Below are positions 54,700-64,000 of a stretch of 64,000 nucleotides of DNA, one piece after another. Made by a program: the position numbers and the translations under genes. This DNA comes from Octopus sinensis. Taxonomy: Eukaryota. The DNA lies in NCBI RefSeq assembly GCF_006345805.1, contig NC_043003.1:55552001-55616000 (forward strand), given 5' to 3'. Every line of letters begins with the position of its first letter. Position 1 is the first letter of the stretch. The notes under the pieces were generated by a model that saw only the letters and a list, made by a program, of their open reading frames with translations, was not told the DNA's origin and did not search any database.

Positions 54700-55200
54700 C
54701 AAATGAAATTTTTAATCAGGTGCACCAACATGTAAGATGTCAGAAGACGACATCCCCATCACGAGGGTCGATAGTAGAGCGAGGTTTTATATTAATGAAG
54801 ATTTAAAGCTATTTCTATTCTAACGATGGCAATAAAATTAAAGCACTCGCCCATAAAAGTTGGTACTGACAAAACATGCTTGTACGCTGACAGAAAGCAG
54901 GCACCAAACATGACATTGACCCTATTAAAACATACTCTGAGAAGTTCCCGCCGTTACCCTAAAGCAACCAGTTACTGTACTATGTTGTTTGGTACATTAG
55001 GCGTGACATGGGTAAGAAATTCTTGCGTTACTTATACATTTACTTTATTCATCAAGATTAAAATGCTCCAATTAATTATTGCAGAAGTAATACTGAATTA
55101 GCTTCGAGTAATGGAGATCCAGTTAATTATTATTCAGGGGAAATAGCATAAGGAAAATCGCAGATTAATGAAGGTCTGTGCGAAAGGCCGTGCGAAGGAA
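54700..55200 (+). mobile_element. Possible decayed RTE-type LINE APE endonuclease fragment
   Basis: RGFIL and KVGTD fragments resemble the GVGFIL and FNAKVG motifs; very decayed. Confidence 0.3.
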
Positions 55201-56087
55201 AAGGAAGACAAGTATTTAATATACAGAGAAAGCTATGATCCCATTGCAAGAAGCATGAACTATAAATGCTTTAATAGAAACAGAACAGAATATATCATTG
55301 ACAAGAAGACTACATTGGGATAAATAGATAAATGTATAAACCATAATGAATGGAATTACCTAAGGCGATACTCACCGTCAACATAAAAGTATAAATGTAT
55401 AAATTCATTTTAGTTAAATACCGAAATTTACACGCAACAGAACTTTAATGAAGCTTCTACTTGAAAGAAGGAATATAACAGAGGATGAAAAAATAGACCA
55501 TTTCTTCATGATAAAATACAAACAAGATAAAAACGAGACATGAATCCTGACGTGTCTAGTAATCAATATGGTCTCATTGTTATTGAAAATAAGGAAGATT
55601 ATATAAAACATATAGGTTTAGTAAATAGATAAATCTCAATCATAACGATTTAGAAATTATGAGAAGTAACAGGAATGTGTCAAAGAATTTGCAAGAACTA
55701 TAAATAATTATGGGTGCCATAAAGGTTCAAAAATGTTAAAATGATTTATTGCCATATACTGAATCATAAAGAATTTTAAAGGCGCCTTAATTGGGAAGAT
55801 AAAGCAAAAAATAAAAGATGACATTAAAGGCTAGATGCAGGTTGGAATAATTTTATCTAGTACGCCTGATGAGTTGTAAGTTGCGTAACATATTATGTAA
55901 TATCATTGATTTTGGTTTACTGCCTACATGAAACTAACATGTTTACGTCAAAATAACATCTCCTAACGAAGCAGTTGTAGAAATACCATATAACATGTTT
56001 GCCTATTCATGTGTGTGTGTGTGTTCGCGCGTGAGCTTGTTTATTTCAGTGCTCCATTAGTAGGATGTGAGGATTAAACAGAAGGGT

Positions 56088-56205
56088 CAAGCGTAGCTGG
56101 GTGTAAAAAGCTTGTTTCCAACCTAGATATTTCCTGAATCAGTCCCACAGCGTGGCCCTTTGGGCAAGTGTATTATAGCATAGCCTCGCGCCGACCAAAT
56201 GTTGG
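56088..56205 (+). mobile_element. 5' half of microsatellite-containing SINE, decayed
   Basis: cagtcccacagcgtggccctttgggcaagtgt...atagcctcgcgccgaccaa matches the family head. Confidence 0.7.
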
Positions 56206-56208
56206 TGA

Positions 56209-56278
<70 letters not shown>

Positions 56279-56299
56279 TATATATGTATATGTATATAT

Positions 56300-56365
<66 letters not shown>

Positions 56366-56373
56366 ATGAATAT

Positions 56374-56415
<42 letters not shown>

Positions 56416-56420
56416 GTAAT

Positions 56421-56470
<50 letters not shown>

Positions 56471-56648
56471 AAGTTAATCCAAACATGAAAACACAAAGAG
56501 AAAACATAGCAACGCGAGCGGGGCTCTTCGTCAGAAACATAGGAAAAGGAAAGATCCAGAGAAGTGAAGACGGAGGAAAAAATATATATTTGTATATGTA
56601 TGTATATATATATGTGTGTATATATATATATATATATGTGTATATATA

Positions 56649-56704
<56 letters not shown>

Positions 56705-57310
56705 TAACACACAAACACGCGACAGGCTTCCTTCGTGATACATGTGTGTGTGTGTGTGTGTGCGTTTATGCCCCTGTCATTGCTTCACAATCGCTTCTGG
56801 TGTGCATACGTCTCTGTAACATAGTGGTTCTGCAAAAGCGATCGATAAAATAATTACTAGGATTTTCCCAAAATAACCCCGCAAATCCTGGAGTCCATTC
56901 GTTCGACTAAAACCATTCAACGCGGTACTGTAGGATAACCGCCAGCAAATGACTGAAATAAGTGAAAGGATAAAGAATATTTATATCATTGCAATAATTA
57001 TAACGATGCAGAACATGGAGAGCTGTTCATCTTCAAAATTTATTTCTCAGTATTTTCCAATTTTACACAACACTATTATGGGATTTATAACCAACATTTG
57101 TTTCCACATCACCGATTACGAGCAGTTGCAGACACAACGTGACATGATTGTCGGTGAAGCCCCACCATGGTCAGACCATTTGGTCAGTTTTGAAGTTAAT
57201 TAAGTAGAGTAAGGTTTTTGTTTGTTAGGGTTCGGGGAAGAGACAGTGGGGTTGTTTGTAATTGAAATCTGAGCCGTTTGAATGCATACATGCATACATA
57301 CATACATACA

Positions 57311-57342
<32 letters not shown>

Positions 57343-57979
57343 GACAGACAGACATATTGTTATTTGCGACATAGGGGCAAAGGTATGTACATCATACAGG
57401 TAAAAAGAGTATATACACACGTATATATATATGTGTATATATATATATATGTGTTTGTGTGTGTGTGTGTGTGTATGTATATATTTATATATATATATAT
57501 ATATATAATATATATATATATATGTATGTATGTATGTATGTACAAATATGAATGCATAGATCTCGACCCATAACTATTTCCCTAATTTTAATTTGATTAC
57601 ACTCATTAATGTACGCTGGCTGGTATCTTGTTCGATCCGTTGTTCCTTCTCTTCCTATTGACTTCCATTGACCTGCAGATGTTAGTCTGAGAGTCTGCAT
57701 GATGTATTACTACCATTTACGTCTCTCCACTTCTCTGTTGCTTTAAATAAATTGTTAAACTCAAGTGGACATTACTGTTTTATGTAAGTTGAAAACCATA
57801 AAAACAAAAATGATAACAAATCATAAAAATTAAAGATGGAGTCTATAACAGCAGTTCATGTAAAATACAACACAATCGCTTCAAATACAAACTGTATAAA
57901 ATGTATTGATATATTTTTAGATTCTCCACTTCTCTCTTGTTTTAATGATATATGTATGTGTATATATATATATACATAT

Positions 57980-59971
<1,992 letters not shown>

Positions 59972-59974
59972 ACT

Positions 59975-60400
59975 TATATAAAGTCCGTTCTGTCTGTGTG
60001 TGTGTCTTCTCGGATCTCGGGTATCCTCCATCCGATTGCGCTCAAATTTGATATGTAGATACCATATGTTATCAGGGCGTGTATAAGTCTTGAAAAATTA
60101 TAAAAATTGATTCCAGCTAATACGATCGATATAGCCATTTTTGTCCTGCATTTCTTCCGTCATCCTGTACATAACTGCACCTTCCATTTTTTCGTGTTTT
60201 TGTACTGCTTAAAGGCAAGTTTCTTTCCTGCCAGGATTACTGTTTAAACCCTGTTTGTGCTGTCCCAGTCAAAAGCCTTATCATTACTGGTATTTTAAAA
60301 TCTTCGGTTGCATAATTGTGAATAAAATCGTTTTTCTTTGGAATAGAAAAAAGTCTATCTTTATTTCTTCTTGTGCTGGTGTCCCAAATTTAGGTTAAAT
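59975..60400 (+). mobile_element. DINE-1/Helentron-associated-type non-autonomous element
   Basis: tatataaagtccgttctgtctgtgtgtgtgtc...ccatccgattgcgctcaaatttgatatgtag resembles the 5' microsatellite plus conserved block of DINE-1-like elements. The 3' end is not confirmed. Confidence 0.5.
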
Positions 60401-60529
60401 CAGTGTTTCTCAAAGGGGAGACCTATGGTTTAAATGTTTCACAACTCAGCACCGTCTATTGGACGGGGGGGGGGCTGTTTGCTATCATACCCACACTCGA
60501 ACACACAGACACAAATCTGTCACCTCACT

Positions 60530-60790
60530 ACTAAATGTTTCTGACATTTGTCACCCTACACACACAGTCACACACACACACACACACAGAGGCACGAATC
60601 CAGTTATATACATACACACACACAAGCACTCAAACTCATTAACAATAGAATACACCCACGCATCCCCATACAATACAGCTTGCACTCTATCCCCTTCCTA
60701 GAGCTTTCTCCTCCCAACCAAATTTGAACTCTTGAACTCTTTAGAATATTCTCCATCCAACCAACTTTGACGTCATTGCTTATAACGGGA
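60530..60790 (+). mobile_element. Decayed Penelope-like GIY-YIG C-terminus leading into the palindrome's left arm
   Basis: IEYTHASPYNTACTLSP..ELLNSLEYSPSN..RH resembles A.PY...C.LC..E..LLN.R.E..CRH. Confidence 0.4.
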
Positions 60791-61008
60791 TATTTTAAAG
60801 AAACGCTCATTATTACTGTGGACATCATGTGGGCAGTCATCTAAAAGTTTCTGCTCTTCAGGGTGCTGACATAAGTTTCTAGTCTTTCCTGATGAGATGG
60901 CGGAATAATGCACCCTTTATTCCTTCGGAATAAAGAATATGCAGCCTTCGAAACATGTGTCGAGACTAAAGGAATTTTGTTAAAATCGTCGTTCGACTCC
61001 ATTCTTTC

Positions 61009-61065
<57 letters not shown>

Positions 61066-61325
61066 ATATATATATAAATGAAAGAATGGAGTCGAACGAG
61101 GATTTTAACAAAATTCCTTTAGTCTCGACACATGTTTCGAAGGCTGCATATTCTTTATTCCGAAGGAATAAAGGGTGCATTATTCCGCCATCTCATCAGG
61201 AAAGACTAGAAACTTATGTCAGCACCCTGAAGAGCAGAAACTTTTAGATGACTGCCCACATGATGTCCACAGTAATAATGAGCGTTTCTTTAAAATATCC
61301 CGTTATAAGCAATGACGTCAAAGTT
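60763..61325. repeat. Near-perfect palindrome: 250-bp arms around a (TA)n spacer
   Basis: 60763-61012 is the reverse complement of 61076-61325; one mismatch seen (aaaatcgtcg vs aaaatcctcg). Confidence 0.97.
60880..60968 (+). ncRNA. Type I hammerhead ribozyme in a PLE pseudo-LTR-like arm (mirror copy on minus strand, 61120-61208)
   Basis: Stem I tagtct(tt)c/gagacta; CTGATGA 60889-95; stem II gatggc/gccttc extended by tttattcc/ggaataaa; GAAA 60950-53; stem III AC-atgt-GT; GTC triplet, cleavage after C60961. Confidence 0.75.
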
Positions 61326-61364
61326 ATATATATATATATATATATATATACGTGTGTGCATATG

Positions 61365-61550
61365 TTTGTGCGTCTCTGTTTGTCCTCCCAAGATCGCTTG
61401 ACAACCAATGCTGGCGTATTTACGTCAACAGAGACTGATAGAATAAATACTAGGCTTACAAACAATAGGTCATGGGGTCGATTTGCTCGACTAAAGGCAG
61501 TGCTCCAGCATAGGTACAGTCAAATGATTGAAACAAGTAAAAGAGTAGAA
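61365..61550 (+). mobile_element. 3' half of microsatellite-containing SINE
   Basis: gacaaccaatgctggcgt...ggggtcgatttgctcgactaaaggcagtgctccagc...gaaacaagtaaaagag. Confidence 0.85.
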
Positions 61551-62227
61551 GTATATACATGTTTGTGTGCTTGTGTGTGCGTGTGTGTGTGTGTGTGGAC
61601 GAATGTATTTAAATATAGGCTCGGGGATAATGCCCAGATCCAAGTTCAGTTACACTGTGTTGTACCTTGGGGAAGTATCTTCTACTAAAGCACCAGGCCG
61701 GCAATATTTGTGAGTAAATTTTGTTAACACAAAATGAAACGCGTCCCACGTATAATTATGGGTTTGTGTGCGTGTTTGTGTTAGCACGTGTGTGTATATA
61801 TATGTGTGTTTATGTATGTGTCTGTATATATATGTATAAGAAGAAAACAGGGTTTTATTATTTCAACAAAGGAAAAAGTTTAATTATACCATATAGAAAA
61901 AAATTATATCCTATAAAAAAAAATTATGGGTTTGTGTGCAGTAATGTACAAAATAACAAATAAAATGTATATAATTCGTAAATGACTACACGTGTTTCTT
62001 GGCTATATTTAACAACTGATTACTGTGCAACAATTTAAATATAGTCACTCGTCAGGTCAAAGATAAATCCAATAATTTCGTGTTTTTCATTATTGAATTG
62101 ATAAAAAAGTGGTTTTCTTCTAATTTATATATATATATATTATATTATATCTTGTGAAATTTTCCTCGTAAGTTTGAAATAATATTCCCTATTATTATAT
62201 TATTATATTATTATTATTATTATATTA

Positions 62228-62264
<37 letters not shown>

Positions 62265-62286
62265 TTATTATTATTATTATTTTTAT

Positions 62287-62332
<46 letters not shown>

Positions 62333-63240
62333 AGAATTCTTGAGAGTTATATAGTCTGAATTATATTTACAGGTCGGAGATGCATGATGAATTATTTTCA
62401 TCCACTAGCACATTCGAGGCATGCATGTAAATATCTTGTTTTAGATTATTTATAGAGAAGGCACGGAACCTTCATGTTAGTCCTTTGCTTGTAATTCATC
62501 TCGAGAATATATTTCTTATCTCTCTTCTTTGTCAATATGAAGTTCAACCGTTTTGATTGCTATGTCTGATATTTTAGTAATTACGGAATATTATTCAGCA
62601 TAGTAGGCTTAACCTCTTTGCCTTAATTCATCCCAATGAATTACAATAATTCTTACAAATCGTTACAAAAATTCGTTTTAACAGGTTTACTTTTAAGTAT
62701 ACAAATCACCAAAAATTTTGTACATACATAAGGTTCTAATCTTCGGCACGGCAGATTCTTGCTAGGCTAATGAGTTTCAAAATACATTAAAACACGTCTC
62801 CATATTTACTTCCACCCTACATGCAAGAAGTAGACTTTTACATTTCGTTAACATAAAAAATTATGAAGTTGTTCTATATTACTTTAAATTATGTCACATT
62901 TTAGTCAAAATAGCAACGAATTTATAGATTTATTGCGAATCCAATGCAATGTCTAGCATTTCATAAATAATTTTGTGAGTATTTGTGCATGAGAGAGGAA
63001 GAGAGGAACAAAAAGAGAGTGACGGAGAGAAAAACTGTATTTGTGTGTGTGTTCATTATACAGTGTAGCCCCCAAAATAGGTTTACAGTTATTCAAGTAT
63101 CTCCTTCGCATTCATATATTAACAGTTTACATCTTAATTATAAAATATATGAAACCATTTGGTTAATTGTAAAATAGAAATTGAAATGTAATAAGATGTT
63201 CTAAAAGAAATTTAAAGTGCCTGTGTGATAACTGTGAGTC

Positions 63241-63262
63241 TACTTTTGGGACATCCTGTATA
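63241..63262 (-). mobile_element. Isolated Tc1/mariner-type terminal inverted repeat
   Basis: Reverse complement ta-tacaggatgtcccaaaagta resembles TA-CAGGGTGTCCC termini. The partner end was not found. Confidence 0.4.
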
Positions 63263-64000
63263 GCTTCTTCATAAAATTTGTATAAATGTTAACCTGATGA
63301 CGTGAGTTTCCCACTTCAGCAAATGATGATATTAATATTAATTAATATTCTTAAATGTTATGTTGTTATGTAATGACAACACACATTTAACATTTCCATA
63401 AAGGTTTATACATACACAGACAGACACAGACGCACACATACACGCACATACACACACGCACATACATACACACATACATACGCATACATACATGCATACA
63501 TGTGTTCCCGTATATATGTAAATATATATATATTCTGTTGTAAAAAATTTTTTTCCGTTTTCGTTTCTCGTCCAGTTCCACGTCTCAGTTTTTCTGTTGT
63601 AAAAAGGTGGATTTTCCGTTTTCGTTTCTCGTTGAGTTCTACGTCTAGTTGTGGTGTCCTGTACTCACGTATATATATTTATATATGCATGTATATATAC
63701 ATGTAGATGTAGGTACGTACATATATGTTTGTATGTATGCATATATTTTATTTATTACACTATATATATATATATATACATACATACTTATTTATATTCC
63801 CCCATACAGAAAATTACATATATCTACTACACACGTGCGCACATATAAACACACAACAGACAAATGAATGATTATTAATCCGGGCAAAATTCTTTATATA
63901 TCTCTGTTGGTACACCAGTCTAACAGTATTATGTAGATTAGTAAAGAAGTCCACGTATACTTGTAACATCGTCGAAGGTTATAATTCATCACCATTTTAT

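Noticed and set aside
55860-55950. CTGATGA...GAAAC hammerhead-like motif
   Set aside because: Stem II is only partial and no stem I partner lies after any UH triplet. Possibly a very old copy, but not supportable.
56490-56545. Minus-strand CTGACGA with gagc/gctc stem
   Set aside because: GAAA is absent and no stem I complement exists.
61227-61240. CTGAAGA-gca-GAAA inside the palindrome arm
   Set aside because: Only 3 nt between the core boxes, so stem II cannot form, and there is no matching stem I.
62370-62430. Possible small exon (tttacag|...|gtaaat)
   Set aside because: Splice-like signals are common by chance in AT-rich DNA; no homology or neighbouring exon support.

Overview
AT-rich, microsatellite-saturated animal genomic DNA, most likely an octopus. 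That assignment is an inference from SINE sequences I recognise and the density of (TA)n/(CA)n/(GA)n tracts. I found no supportable host protein-coding gene, rRNA, intact tRNA or CRISPR array. Nearly every ORF in the track is a translated microsatellite or a frame of a decayed transposon. The window is a transposon graveyard: mariner, Tc1/Tc3-like, DD37D-like, Tigger/pogo and hAT transposase remnants, hAT and mariner MITEs, a Gypsy (K02A2.6-like) element lacking RT/RNase H, R4/Dong, CR1 and RTE LINE fragments, many Penelope-like element (PLE) fragments, and several tRNA-derived SINE families. The main unexplained signal is RNA-structural. At 26367-26736 a 353-bp non-coding unit has a 17-bp terminal direct repeat, sits between TA microsatellites, carries a complete type I hammerhead ribozyme core, and folds almost entirely into stems. 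This is the architecture of a retrozyme (circular-RNA retroelement). A sequence-diverged but structure-conserved relative with a dead ribozyme lies at ~52255-52594. Further hammerhead motifs occur in a near-perfect 563-bp palindrome (60763-61325) and, in degenerate form, at 25621, 28077-28186 and 49482. All pairings were worked out by eye; no folding or database search was run.
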